A DNA stretch of 64,000 bases from Candidatus Anstonellales archaeon (GTDB taxonomy: Archaea > Micrarchaeota > Micrarchaeia > Anstonellales > CG1-02-47-40). Position 1 is the first letter of the stretch, and every line of letters begins with the position of its first letter. Position numbers and translations under genes: made by a program. The notes under the pieces were generated by a model. The model worked only from the letters and a program-made list of their open reading frames with translations. It was not told where the DNA came from and did not search any database. Location of the stretch: positions 22,353 to 86,352 of the forward strand of contig JAWCQO010000003.1 in NCBI GenBank assembly GCA_038869735.1, in the 5' to 3' direction. Shown piece after piece: positions 1 to 9,545 of the stretch.

Positions 1-25
1 AAATATGCTTTCCTTACACTAATCC

Positions 26-2017
26 GTGAAACAAAAAGGCCAGGCATCTCTTGAATACTTGATAATTACTGCCCTTGGAATATCTCTTATAGCTTCTCTT
101 TTCTATTTTGGAATAAATTATTCTACAGATAACATTCGCTCAACACTCGCTAAAACTACAGTTGAGAAGTTGTCTCGAGAAGTCGATTACATACATTCTC
201 TTGGTCCCGGCTCACGAGAAAGCATAAACATATACATTCCGGAAGGAACAACCAAATTTTCCATATCCGGAAATACAATCCATATGCAAATAGCCCTTTC
301 AAGTGGAATCTCAGATGTATTCTCCAACACGCAGGCACAGCTTATAGGCTCACTCCCAACCAATCCAGGAGCTTACAACATAAATCTGTTTCATACAGAT
401 AGCGGAAAGATACTAATCGGAGACTCTTACCTTTCCTGCTATCCTGACTCAATAGTCAAGACTCTTATCCAAGGAGAAAACTCAACAGCTTTGGTCTATC
501 TAACAAACAAAGGAGAAACAAATCTAAGCCAAATACTTGCATCGTTGAGCAGCAACTTGGGGGGCTCTCTAACTATAAGTCGCCAACCAGAAAGTACGCT
601 AGAGCCCGGCAAAAATTCAAGTGTTGAGTTGCTGTTTTCCACTCAAAATCAGCGGGTAGGTGCTTATTCAGGCATGCTAATCGCAAATGCAAGTGGTGGG
701 AGTGAATGCAGCACACTAATAACCCTCTCAGTTACTTCAACTCAGATAGAGGACACACAAGGTCCAGCTGTCACAACACTAAACATATCTCCGCCAAATC
801 CCAATTCAGCGGATAGAATTGTAGTTAGCGCAATGGGAGATGAAACCTCAACAGGCAACAACACAGTATCTTCATGCCTGGCAGATATTGATTATGCAGA
901 AATCTGGAACGCAATGTCTGCCAAAGACGGTTTTTATGATGAAATAAGAGAAGAAGTATTTTATGAGATAGGACTGCTATCTTCTGGACAGCATGTGGTA
1001 AGAGTCAAGTGCCTGGACTCACTCTCAAATGCTGGACAAACAGCCACCCATTCCTTTTTTGTTAATGCAAGCATTTCTGACAACATAGGTCCCTCGATTT
1101 CTTATCTTAACATCACGCCTACTAATCCAAACGAAAGCAGCCAGATAACAGTTGATGCCATAGCTGACGAGCTACTAAGCGGAGGTTCACGCATATCCTC
1201 CTGCGAAATTGGATTGGATTATAATGGAACATGGCAAAATATGACTGCTATAGATGGGGCATACGATGAAGTCGTCGAATCCGTTACCTACAACTTAGGA
1301 AATCTAAGCGCAGGGAGCCACACAATACGCATAAAGTGTACTGATTCCCTCTCCAATACGGGTCCCTCAACCATCTTGGGCTTTATTGTAACACAAAGCG
1401 AAGAATCAAGAAACAAACTACTCCTGCTTTCTGCTTCATCAATCCCAGGCCAAGATGCCGATGAAAACCGCTGGATTGCATGGTTGCAATACTACTCCTC
1501 ATCAAACAGACTAAACTGGAGCTTTGATGTTTTTACATATACTGACGTCACCTCAAACAATTTGAATCTTTCAACCTACAAAGTTGCTATTTTAGTTGGA
1601 GCTCCCTCTTCTGACGATAATTTCTACAATCTTCTGAGAAGCTACAAGAATTCCGGCCATTTCATAATCTTACTGGGGAAAGCCTTTATCTATGGGGGAA
1701 TGAATCTAAATCTCACAACAAGTACTTCATCCTCCATATCCAGAGACGCTTTGATAGTGATAACTTCCCATCCTGTAACCTCAGGATATGCAATCAACAA
1801 TGAATACGCAACAACTACCTCCAATGCCGCAATCTATTACAACACAAGATATAGAGGAACAAATATACTTTCAATTGAAGGATATCCAACAAGAACAGTT
1901 ACTGCAGAGCACGAGCGCGTAATAAGCTTTGGTGTTAGCCGTCCTGACATTCTTACAGCGGACGGTGAAACGTTTGTCAGTAGAATAATCAACTATTCTA
2001 TCGCAAACTCACGATGA
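26..2017 (+). CDS. Large pilin-like/adhesin protein: class III signal peptide, two tandem Ig-like repeats and a C-terminal alpha/beta domain
   Basis: N-terminus KG/QASLEY followed by a hydrophobic helix; two ~109-aa internal repeats (DTQGP..C..C / DNIGP..C..C); about 17 N-x-S/T sequons by manual count. Confidence 0.8.
   Translation: MKQKGQASLEYLIITALGISLIASLFYFGINYSTDNIRSTLAKTTVEKLSREVDYIHSLGPGSRESINIYIPEGTTKFSISGNTIHMQIALSSGISDVFSNTQAQLIGSLPTNPGAYNINLFHTDSGKILIGDSYLSCYPDSIVKTLIQGENSTALVYLTNKGETNLSQILASLSSNLGGSLTISRQPESTLEPGKNSSVELLFSTQNQRVGAYSGMLIANASGGSECSTLITLSVTSTQIEDTQGPAVTTLNISPPNPNSADRIVVSAMGDETSTGNNTVSSCLADIDYAEIWNAMSAKDGFYDEIREEVFYEIGLLSSGQHVVRVKCLDSLSNAGQTATHSFFVNASISDNIGPSISYLNITPTNPNESSQITVDAIADELLSGGSRISSCEIGLDYNGTWQNMTAIDGAYDEVVESVTYNLGNLSAGSHTIRIKCTDSLSNTGPSTILGFIVTQSEESRNKLLLLSASSIPGQDADENRWIAWLQYYSSSNRLNWSFDVFTYTDVTSNNLNLSTYKVAILVGAPSSDDNFYNLLRSYKNSGHFIILLGKAFIYGGMNLNLTTSTSSSISRDALIVITSHPVTSGYAINNEYATTTSNAAIYYNTRYRGTNILSIEGYPTRTVTAEHERVISFGVSRPDILTADGETFVSRIINYSIANSR
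752..1400 (+). repeat. Two diverged tandem ~327-nt (109-aa) domain repeats inside the first ORF
   Basis: Units start at 752 and 1079; shared D..GP....LNI.P.NPN, SSC, M.A.DG.YDE..E, G.H..R.KC.DSLSN.G. Confidence 0.85.
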
Positions 2018-2026
2018 GGTAGAGAT

Positions 2027-2434
2027 ATGAAAAAAAAGAAGGCTCATGCGGGAATTGAGTTTCTTATAATGTTCTTTTTTGTCCTGTCAGCGTTTGCATT
2101 TGTAGTTTCTCTTCACTCACTCTATACTGAAGAAGCATCAAAAATAGTAACTTCAGTCAAATCAAACGAGATGTGTCTTGCAATATCCGGCGCGTTTAAT
2201 GCGCTTTATCCTCTTGGAGAGGGTTCTTCATATCTTCTAAATCTCTCAACTTACCCCCGGGCCCAGAACCACAGTGTCTGGATATCAATCGAGCAGCAGC
2301 GTATAGTGGTAGACAAGGTTTCCTGTCCCTTAAGCTTTCCTATGCTTTCAAGTATCACTAATTCATCTTTTTTTCAGATTGAAAGAAATTTGTTTTTAAG
2401 AAATTCAGGCGGAGTGATGGTAATTGAGCAATAA
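2027..2434 (+). CDS. Minor pilin-like protein (class III signal peptide)
   Basis: MKKKKA/HAGIEF then hydrophobic helix; E at +5; 3 sequons; operonic with neighbours. Confidence 0.7.
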   Translation: MKKKKAHAGIEFLIMFFFVLSAFAFVVSLHSLYTEEASKIVTSVKSNEMCLAISGAFNALYPLGEGSSYLLNLSTYPRAQNHSVWISIEQQRIVVDKVSCPLSFPMLSSITNSSFFQIERNLFLRNSGGVMVIEQ

Positions 2435-2909
2435 AAACCACTATGTCACAGGGCAGCTCATATCCATAGATGCTGTTGTTTCCCTAATCGCGCTTATTTT
2501 TATAATCCTCTTATTTTTGTATCATTGGACAGAAGGTATCAAAATCACAAGCAATCTTGTAAGAAGAAATGGAATGGAGCAGTCAGCAATTGTTGCTTCA
2601 GATATTCTCTTAAAGTCTTCAGGCTATCCCCATAATTGGAATCAGTCAAATGTACAGGCAATCGGGCTTGCTTCCTCACCCCACGTACTTTCAGTAGATA
2701 AGATATTAGCATTCAAGAATATATCATACAACACATCAAAGAAACTCCTTGGCATAGTTGATGAGTTTTATTTTTATATAGACGATATCGAGGGAAATAG
2801 GATACACGAAGTTGGAAATTCCACATCAAGCGAGCTCTCTATCTCTGTTGTGAGGTTCGCGCTTCTTGATGGAAAAATGGTAAGAGTAGGGATGCTGATA
2901 CATGGGTAA
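2424..2909 (+). CDS. Minor pilin-like protein
   Basis: TG/QLISIDAVVSLIAL hydrophobic N-terminus, overlapping operon structure, 3 sequons. Confidence 0.7.
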   Translation: MSNKNHYVTGQLISIDAVVSLIALIFIILLFLYHWTEGIKITSNLVRRNGMEQSAIVASDILLKSSGYPHNWNQSNVQAIGLASSPHVLSVDKILAFKNISYNTSKKLLGIVDEFYFYIDDIEGNRIHEVGNSTSSELSISVVRFALLDGKMVRVGMLIHG

Positions 2910-3333
2910 AGGATTTATATTTACGCTTGATGCCGTTCTTGCGCTATTTTTAGTATTCTTACTCTTACCAACTATGATATACCTGCTCCGAGGCATACAA
3001 CCACCAAATTCTCTGCTTCTATTGGAGAAGAAATCAAATGATGCACTCGCAGTCCTTGGAAAAAACGGCGAGTTGGCAACTCTCAATGCATCGTCTCTCA
3101 ACGCCTCTCTTACCAACCTTCTTAGAGGGCTTTCATGGCATCTTGAGATAAAGTATTACAATTATTCAGGAAGTTTTTTAGAGGCAGGCTCGCTATCTGT
3201 TGGAAGTCAGCCACCAATCGATTCTCCAATAATTGTTTCGTCTAGTCGACTTTTTTTGGTTCCAAATCCTGAAAAAGGGGTAAAATACTACGGCATCGCA
3301 AGGTTATCTATATGGCAGAAAAAAAAGGAGTAG
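2902..3333 (+). CDS. Minor pilin-like protein
   Basis: MGKG/FIFTLDAVLAL motif typical of archaeal minor pilins; 3 sequons. Confidence 0.72.
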   Translation: MGKGFIFTLDAVLALFLVFLLLPTMIYLLRGIQPPNSLLLLEKKSNDALAVLGKNGELATLNASSLNASLTNLLRGLSWHLEIKYYNYSGSFLEAGSLSVGSQPPIDSPIIVSSSRLFLVPNPEKGVKYYGIARLSIWQKKKE

Positions 3334-4142
3334 CCGCAACAGCATCCGTAATTCTTCTTCTTAGTATCCTCCTATATCTTTCTTATTATCTCTCGCTTTA
3401 CTCTTCTTCGCTTTATTCCTCATCCACTTTACTATCAGAGTTTGAGACAGCAGGCGTAAACTTTGACTCAATTGATCAGGCAGTCAGAGAAACGACAAAA
3501 AGAAATGCAATCGATGTTTCACAAAAACAAACTAATTTGTCAATAGCAATCAACTCTTCGCGCCTCCCTACCTACTTTGAGACACTAGGCGCCACTGAAA
3601 AATTCCTGCGGCTACAACCAGAACTAAATTCAAACATAATTACAGACAACCACTCCGTAGTGGTAATATTAACTCCTTTGAACATAACCCTTAACTACTC
3701 CTCTTCCAGATTCCTTGTTGCTCCGACCAACCAACAACAGGACATACCTAACATCTCATTTTATGAAATCTCATTACTTTTGCAATCACCAACGCCATCT
3801 ATTAACTGGAGTTACCTATCAGAGCTTGAGGAAAATGACCCTTCCGCACTCCGCGTTAGAATAGCAATACAGGGAACAAACGGAACCACCTATTCACAAA
3901 AATATGTTAGTAGGACTTTACCTTCAAGAGCCGACCTTCTCAATTCGCAGGGGATTCCTATAATAAACATTAACGTTAATCCCTCCTCTACTCTAAATAT
4001 CACGTGGATTCCAGACACATATATAAAGATTAATGCGGGATTGAATAGTGCCGTTGTAGCTGAGCTAAAAAGTGTTGTCATCAACACAAGCATAAATAAA
4101 TGGGGATATAAGAGTAGGGGCGTGATATTGAGTGAAGATTAA
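3312..4142 (+). CDS. Pilin-like exported protein
   Basis: KKG/VAATAS followed by TM helix; Asn/Ser/Thr-rich beta-type body with about 10 sequons. Confidence 0.6.
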   Translation: MAEKKGVAATASVILLLSILLYLSYYLSLYSSSLYSSSTLLSEFETAGVNFDSIDQAVRETTKRNAIDVSQKQTNLSIAINSSRLPTYFETLGATEKFLRLQPELNSNIITDNHSVVVILTPLNITLNYSSSRFLVAPTNQQQDIPNISFYEISLLLQSPTPSINWSYLSELEENDPSALRVRIAIQGTNGTTYSQKYVSRTLPSRADLLNSQGIPIININVNPSSTLNITWIPDTYIKINAGLNSAVVAELKSVVINTSINKWGYKSRGVILSED

Positions 4143-4794
4143 AGATATCATGAGAAAGGAATTTGTGCTTTTGCGTGCAGATGATAGCTTGGAACACGTA
4201 CTAAAGACCTTTGCAAAGGAAGGGATAACTTCAGCTCCGGTAGTCGATGATGGCATTTTTATTGGCGTAGTAAGCGAGTCAAGTCTTTTAAGATACTTAT
4301 CCCCCCAAAAGTTTCTTTTTTTCTGGAAGAGAGACAAACCAAAATCCATAGATGAGATAAGAAGAATAACAGCTTCAAATCTTGCAAAAAAGGCAACCCT
4401 TACATTAAAACCAGATAATGAGCTTATTCAGGTGATCTGGAAAATAGCTGCAAACCCATATTGTGTCCCAATTTTAGACAAAAACAAGTTAGTCGGCATA
4501 ATAAGAGGGGAGGATATTCTTCAGCTATTTTTGAAAGAACTTGCAGTTTTGGAATCTGAAGCCACTAATTCTAAAAAAGAATGGTCATATTCTGAGACTC
4601 AAATAGATAAAATCTTGGAGATGATAAGAACTAAGGGCTCTGTATCCTGCAATGAGCTTGCGCGGGAACTAAATACCAGCCAGAGAAATATAGAGCGAAT
4701 CTGCTCTTCTCTTCACAAACATCATCTCATCAAGTTTAGATATTCTTTCTTTAGAGGGGCAATAGCTGAAAGGCTGGAGCATGAAACGAAATGA
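4132..4794 (+). CDS. CBS-domain pair protein with C-terminal winged helix-turn-helix
   Basis: KDIM..., SAPVVDDGIFIGVVSE and VPILDKNKLVGII CBS motifs; IDKILEMIRTKGSVSCNELARELNTSQRNIE wHTH pattern. Confidence 0.8.
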   Translation: MKIKDIMRKEFVLLRADDSLEHVLKTFAKEGITSAPVVDDGIFIGVVSESSLLRYLSPQKFLFFWKRDKPKSIDEIRRITASNLAKKATLTLKPDNELIQVIWKIAANPYCVPILDKNKLVGIIRGEDILQLFLKELAVLESEATNSKKEWSYSETQIDKILEMIRTKGSVSCNELARELNTSQRNIERICSSLHKHHLIKFRYSFFRGAIAERLEHETK

Positions 4795-6326
4795 AAAGCA
4801 GAAGATACGAAAGCCAGAATATCATGGATAACTCTGGAAGAATTAAGGAAACAGAACTTGATTCCTATAACCTATGTGACGGAAGCCTCAAGGCCAATGT
4901 AGCAATCAAGAAAAGAGAAGGAGAGTGCATAAAGTCCTATTTTTTGGAAGTACCAAAGTGGAAAGAAGGAACAGAGGCATTTGTTGAGGATATAAAAGCA
5001 GAAATTCTTAAGAAAGTCAAAATAACTACGCAAGAAGCACTTAACATACGAATCCTTGATGAAGTCAGAGGAAAATTTCTTTCGCTTGCTCGTAGCATGA
5101 TTCTTGATGCTCTACCGCACATCTCAGAAGAAGAGGCTGACGCTATTTCACGAAAAATCATACAAGATATGCTTGGCTTAGGAGACATAGAGTTCTTTAT
5201 AAAAGATGATAATATAGAAGAAATCTGTGTCAACGGAGCTTCTCAACCAATCTGGGTTTATCACAGAAAACATGGGTGGCTAAAAACCAACATATCCATT
5301 GCTTCAGAAAACCAAATCTGGAACTATGCAAGCGCCATTGCACGAGGCGCCGGCAGACAAATAAACGTTCTTTCACCTTTTCTGGATGCTTATCTTCCAA
5401 CAGGGGACAGAGTAAATGCAACTCTTTTTCCAATATCTTATTTTGGAAATACAATCACAATAAGAAAATTTGCAAGAAAACCATGGACCATCACAGACTA
5501 TCTAACTACTAAAACACTCTCTTTGGAAGTAGCTGCAATTCTTTGGCTTGCAGTTCAATACGAAACAAATATCCTCATTTCTGGTGGAACGGGTTCAGGA
5601 AAAACTAGCCTACTCAATGTTCTCTCAATGTTTATCCCACCAAATCAAAGAGTTACAAGTATTGAGCAGACAAGAGAACTAACCCTCCCCCCTACCTTTC
5701 AGTGGGTACCTCTCGTCGTGAGAGAGCCGACAAGTGAAGGAATGGGTAAAGTGAGCATGCTAGACTTACTAATAAACTCTCTAAGAATGCGGCCTGATAG
5801 AATACTTGTCGGAGAGATCAGAAGAGAAGAGGAAGCGCAAGTCCTCTTTGAAGCCATACATACTGGCCACTCCGTATGCGCGACAATGCACGCTGAGACG
5901 GTGTCAGAAACCGTCAAGAGGCTTCTCAATCCGCCATTTTCGATACCGCCGGTTATGGTTGAATCTCTCCATCTAATAATACCAATGTACCGTGACAGAA
6001 AAAGTAATATACGAAGAATTTTTGAGATAGGTGAGGTTCTCCCAAGCGAGAGAGAAGGCATAAAGGAAAGAATAATCTACAGGTGGAGACCCTATAAAGA
6101 TGCTATTGTTGCAGTTGAACCAAGCGTCCGCTTTATCGAAGCAATAAAAACCTATACCAACATATCGGACACAGAAATAAAAAGCGACTTAAAAGAAAAG
6201 GAGGAAGTCCTCCAGTTCATGGTCGAAAAGAACATAAACTCAGTCGAGGGAGTTGGAAATATAATATCCGACTATTATGACTCCCAGTCCTCGTTGCTTA
6301 CAAAGATTCGCAAAAAACAAATATAG
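4791..6326 (+). CDS. Type IV pilus assembly ATPase (VirB11/CpaF/TadA family)
   Basis: Walker A GGTGSGKT, RPDRILVGEIR Walker B, TGHS..TMHA His box; followed by two TadC-like genes. Confidence 0.93.
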   Translation: MKSRRYESQNIMDNSGRIKETELDSYNLCDGSLKANVAIKKREGECIKSYFLEVPKWKEGTEAFVEDIKAEILKKVKITTQEALNIRILDEVRGKFLSLARSMILDALPHISEEEADAISRKIIQDMLGLGDIEFFIKDDNIEEICVNGASQPIWVYHRKHGWLKTNISIASENQIWNYASAIARGAGRQINVLSPFLDAYLPTGDRVNATLFPISYFGNTITIRKFARKPWTITDYLTTKTLSLEVAAILWLAVQYETNILISGGTGSGKTSLLNVLSMFIPPNQRVTSIEQTRELTLPPTFQWVPLVVREPTSEGMGKVSMLDLLINSLRMRPDRILVGEIRREEEAQVLFEAIHTGHSVCATMHAETVSETVKRLLNPPFSIPPVMVESLHLIIPMYRDRKSNIRRIFEIGEVLPSEREGIKERIIYRWRPYKDAIVAVEPSVRFIEAIKTYTNISDTEIKSDLKEKEEVLQFMVEKNINSVEGVGNIISDYYDSQSSLLTKIRKKQI

Positions 6327-6348
6327 CCTCTGCAGGTGATGAGCGATA

Positions 6349-7272
6349 ATGATAGATTTTATTCCCTTTCTCCCTTTAAACCCTCGAGGCAGATTAACGA
6401 AAAACATAATAAGACATTTCTATCCCCTTTCGTCTCTTTTTGTAAAACTATTTCCTCACCTTAAAGCAGAGCTTGAAGAATCTGAGATTGCATTTGATGC
6501 ATTAGAATACGTTAGCAGTGCGTTCCTTTCATTTCTTATTTGGCTTATAGCCACCCTCTTAATACTTCTCACTTACATTTATGCAACTGGTATCTACTCA
6601 TATACACTAAAACAACTTTCCATTGCAGGTGTTTTCTCTTTTCTTCTTCCATTAGCTTTGTTCATATATACTATGCTTTATCCGCGCTGGATTGCAAGCA
6701 AAAGAAGATTAGAACTTGAATCTGACTTGCTTTTTGCACTGAGAGGCTTGTTGATACAAACAAGTGCAGGTGTTTCTCTTTACGATGCATTAGCTTTTCT
6801 AAGTGAAGGTTACGAAGACAAGAAAACAGGCTATGGGGAAGTAGGAAGGCAATTCCATCTAATTGTGCAGGAAGTGCGTGGAGGCAAAGAATTCACTCAA
6901 GCCCTTGAAGAAAATGCAGCAAGACACAGATCCCCTTATTATAGACGTGTGTTATGGCAACTTGCAAACGCAAACAAATCTGGAGCTAATATAAGCAGAG
7001 TTCTTCAAGAGATCGTTTATTCACTCTCAGATGAGCAGAGAATCCTAATTCGCAACTATGGTTCAAAGCTAAACCTTCTCGCTCTCCTGTATATGATTTT
7101 TTGCATAATTGCTCCTACTATGGCAATCATTTTCCTTTCAATAGCAAGTTCCTTTGTTGAGACATCTTTTTTTAACGAGATAACACTTGGGACCATGCTT
7201 CTTGCACTTGTACTCTTTCAGATACTTTTCATGGGGCTTATAAAGACCAGCCGGCCAGTGGTGGCGCTATGA
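6349..7272 (+). CDS. Type IV pilus membrane platform protein (TadC/T2SS-F family)
   Basis: LESDLLFALR..GVSLYDAL..YGEVGRQF..GG pattern, multi-TM, downstream of ATPase. Confidence 0.88.
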   Translation: MIDFIPFLPLNPRGRLTKNIIRHFYPLSSLFVKLFPHLKAELEESEIAFDALEYVSSAFLSFLIWLIATLLILLTYIYATGIYSYTLKQLSIAGVFSFLLPLALFIYTMLYPRWIASKRRLELESDLLFALRGLLIQTSAGVSLYDALAFLSEGYEDKKTGYGEVGRQFHLIVQEVRGGKEFTQALEENAARHRSPYYRRVLWQLANANKSGANISRVLQEIVYSLSDEQRILIRNYGSKLNLLALLYMIFCIIAPTMAIIFLSIASSFVETSFFNEITLGTMLLALVLFQILFMGLIKTSRPVVAL

Positions 7273-8228
7273 GCTACTTAGAAAAATTGTACGACAACAT
7301 AACCTCTCTCCTTTATGTCTGTGACATCAAATACACTACTTCAGAATTCATTCTCCGGATGTTTGCCTATGGAATTGTGCTAAGTCTAGTCATTTTTGCG
7401 GTGCTATCTGCTTATTCAACATCCCTGTCATTTTTCGGGTCTCTATTTATATTTGCTATCTTTGAGATATCAATTTACTTTTTCCTACTTGTCAGTGCAA
7501 ATAAAAGAACTGCTCAATTAGAAGAGTCTCTGCCGGACTTTCTTGCTTTTATGGCAAGCAACATACGGTCAGGGATTACATATGACAGGGCTCTTCTGCT
7601 GTCTGCAAAGAAGGAGTTCGGTTACCTTTCACGTGAAATAGACTATGCCGCAAAGGAATCTCTTGCTGGCAAGCCATTACAAGAAGTTCTTCTGGGGCTG
7701 GGAAGGAGAAGCCGTTCCGTGGCACTTTCCAAGTCAATGCGCCTTATAGTTCAAGGGTTTAATTCGGGGGGGAATCTTGCAAGCCTCTTGGACCAAACGG
7801 CCATCGAAATCCGCCGCTTCTCACTAATCAGAAAAGAAGTCCAATCTTCGATTTTAGTCTATAAACTTTTCATCTTTGCTGCAATTGCTCTGGGTGCTCC
7901 TCTTCTATATTCGGTTGCGAGTTTTCTAATAGAACTGATCTATGAAAGCAAACAAAGGATTTTCACTGAGGCATTTTTTGAGGGCGTTTCTTATCTTCAA
8001 CTCACCCCTTCTTACAATCCAATAACTCCCTCTCTAGTATTCTCGTTTTCTCTTCTCGCAATCTTAATAACGTCATTTTTTGGTTCACTTACCTCAGGAA
8101 TAATCTCAAAAGGAGAAGAATCGGAAGGCATTGCTTATTTTCCACTAGTAATCACAATATCTATCGCCGTTTTCTTTTTAAGCAGATTCTTGTTGGAATC
8201 ATTTGTTAAAAAGATTTTCCTCTTGTAG
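7269..8228 (+). CDS. Type IV pilus membrane platform protein (TadC/T2SS-F family)
   Basis: LEESLPDFL.FMASNIRSG, FG.LSREI, SGG.LA.LL pattern. Confidence 0.88.
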   Translation: MSYLEKLYDNITSLLYVCDIKYTTSEFILRMFAYGIVLSLVIFAVLSAYSTSLSFFGSLFIFAIFEISIYFFLLVSANKRTAQLEESLPDFLAFMASNIRSGITYDRALLLSAKKEFGYLSREIDYAAKESLAGKPLQEVLLGLGRRSRSVALSKSMRLIVQGFNSGGNLASLLDQTAIEIRRFSLIRKEVQSSILVYKLFIFAAIALGAPLLYSVASFLIELIYESKQRIFTEAFFEGVSYLQLTPSYNPITPSLVFSFSLLAILITSFFGSLTSGIISKGEESEGIAYFPLVITISIAVFFLSRFLLESFVKKIFLL

Positions 8229-8337
8229 TAAAATTAGTTTATCATTAGACCATTAATTTTTTCATCGTCCCCACATCAAAATCGATGTAGCAACTTGTAG
8301 AGTGAAACTTGTAGTAGAAATTAGTTTATCATTAGCC
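8222..8337. repeat. Near-perfect ~28-30 bp direct repeat, two copies (8222-8251 and 8308-8337), period 86
   Basis: CTTGTAGTA-AAATTAGTTTATCATTAG versus CTTGTAGTAGAAATTAGTTTATCATTAG, read directly. Confidence 0.85.
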
Positions 8338-8355
8338 TACCAACTGCCTATCACT

Positions 8356-8817
8356 TCACCCTACTCTCCCAGTAAGAGTTCCGGAATCCACATACACAAA
8401 TCCACTTACAAGGTCTCGATAAGTAATTTCAACCTTCAAGCTGTAACCCCCTCCCTTTGCAGGCGCTCCTGGCAACGTTCCAACACTTATCGTACTTGAT
8501 GTTCTCCCAGCAGAGATATTCATTGGAGTGGCATACACCACTGAGTTTCCTCTAAACGTTGCATTTATCTTTACTACTTCTATATCTGACCCAACGGCAT
8601 TTCTAAGCTGTATGCTCATAGCTCCTCCTTCTTCAATTCTCCACGCCGATACTCCCACTTGAGTAAACCCTATGGCCTTACTTCCTATAAAGTTCTCCAT
8701 ATCAAAAACGCCAAGAGCAAAAAGAGCCCCTACGACAAGTACTATCAAAAGGAGAGCCCATCCATACGTCATCAAAAAATCAAGTCCTGCTTGTGCTCTT
8801 AGAATACGCATAAACAC
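8356..8817 (-). CDS. Probable major type IV pilin (start may be 8811)
   Basis: RA/QAGLDFLMTYGWALLLIV: class III signal with the FLMTYGWA motif common in DPANN pilins; D in place of E at +5; 2 sequons. Confidence 0.82.
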   Translation of the reverse strand: MFMRILRAQAGLDFLMTYGWALLLIVLVVGALFALGVFDMENFIGSKAIGFTQVGVSAWRIEEGGAMSIQLRNAVGSDIEVVKINATFRGNSVVYATPMNISAGRTSSTISVGTLPGAPAKGGGYSLKVEITYRDLVSGFVYVDSGTLTGRVG

Positions 8818-8840
8818 ACAGCCTACTAATCACAATATGA

Positions 8841-8850
8841 ATTTATAAAT
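8841..8850. promoter_or_regulatory. Palindromic ATTTATAAAT, candidate shared TATA box for divergent pilin and membrane-protein genes
   Basis: Perfect palindrome gives TTTATA on both strands within an 81-nt divergent intergenic region. Confidence 0.5.
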
Positions 8851-8898
8851 ATTATTACTGTATTGAAACTCAAACCTACAATCCAAGCGGCAGGTTAG

Positions 8899-9219
8899 GT
8901 GTTTATGATTTGGCACGTCCTCCTATTTATCCTATACTTCTTGACACTTCTCATTTCTCTTCACATAGGCAAAAAAATGCACGGCGGTCCATTCACTTCG
9001 GTATTGCCATTCTTTATATCTGCAGTTGGCATTTTGGCTGCAAAGCACTTTTTTGAGCTTATATTCGTGCTTTTTTCTTTTCAAGTAGAAAAAGACTTAG
9101 ATTCTCTGAGATTTTCAACACAAGCTCTCCAGCTTGTTGCAGGCATAATGCTAATGACTGCCCTCTATCATTTTTACCATATGGGCCATATTTTTAGTGA
9201 GTGGAAGAAGGTGCGCTAG
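8899..9219 (+). CDS. Small 3-TM membrane protein, His-rich (start may be ATG 8905)
   Basis: Three hydrophobic segments; 7 His; abuts next gene. Confidence 0.7.
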   Translation: MFMIWHVLLFILYFLTLLISLHIGKKMHGGPFTSVLPFFISAVGILAAKHFFELIFVLFSFQVEKDLDSLRFSTQALQLVAGIMLMTALYHFYHMGHIFSEWKKVR

Positions 9220-9531
9220 ATGGGGGAAGAAACATTAATTGGACTTGCAATTGGAGTAAAACTTGCAGTCTTCTTGGCAATTTTCTTTTATTCCCTTCTA
9301 ATAGCAGAGCTTGGCAGGTTAAGGGAATTCTGGCTTTTTATTGTCTTTGGTGCAGCCTATGCCATTGTAGCCTCCCTTGAATTTATAGCTGTCTTTTCAT
9401 CATTTTCTCAAGGACTTGTGCTATCCTTGGATAGTATACAGACAGCAATATACATTCTTGAAGGAATCGGCGCTATCTCCCTTTTGGCAATCCTCTACTC
9501 GATTGACAAAAATATAAAGAACTACAAATAG
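9220..9531 (+). CDS. Small 3-TM membrane protein, apparent paralog of upstream gene
   Basis: Hydrophobic pattern and shared E(L/F)I.V..SF / L..LY motifs. Confidence 0.7.
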   Translation: MGEETLIGLAIGVKLAVFLAIFFYSLLIAELGRLREFWLFIVFGAAYAIVASLEFIAVFSSFSQGLVLSLDSIQTAIYILEGIGAISLLAILYSIDKNIKNYK

Positions 9532-9545
9532 GGGATAGAAGGTAG

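Noticed and set aside
8222-8337. Bona fide CRISPR array
   Set aside because: Only two copies, 86-nt period, no repeat hairpin and no cas genes in the window
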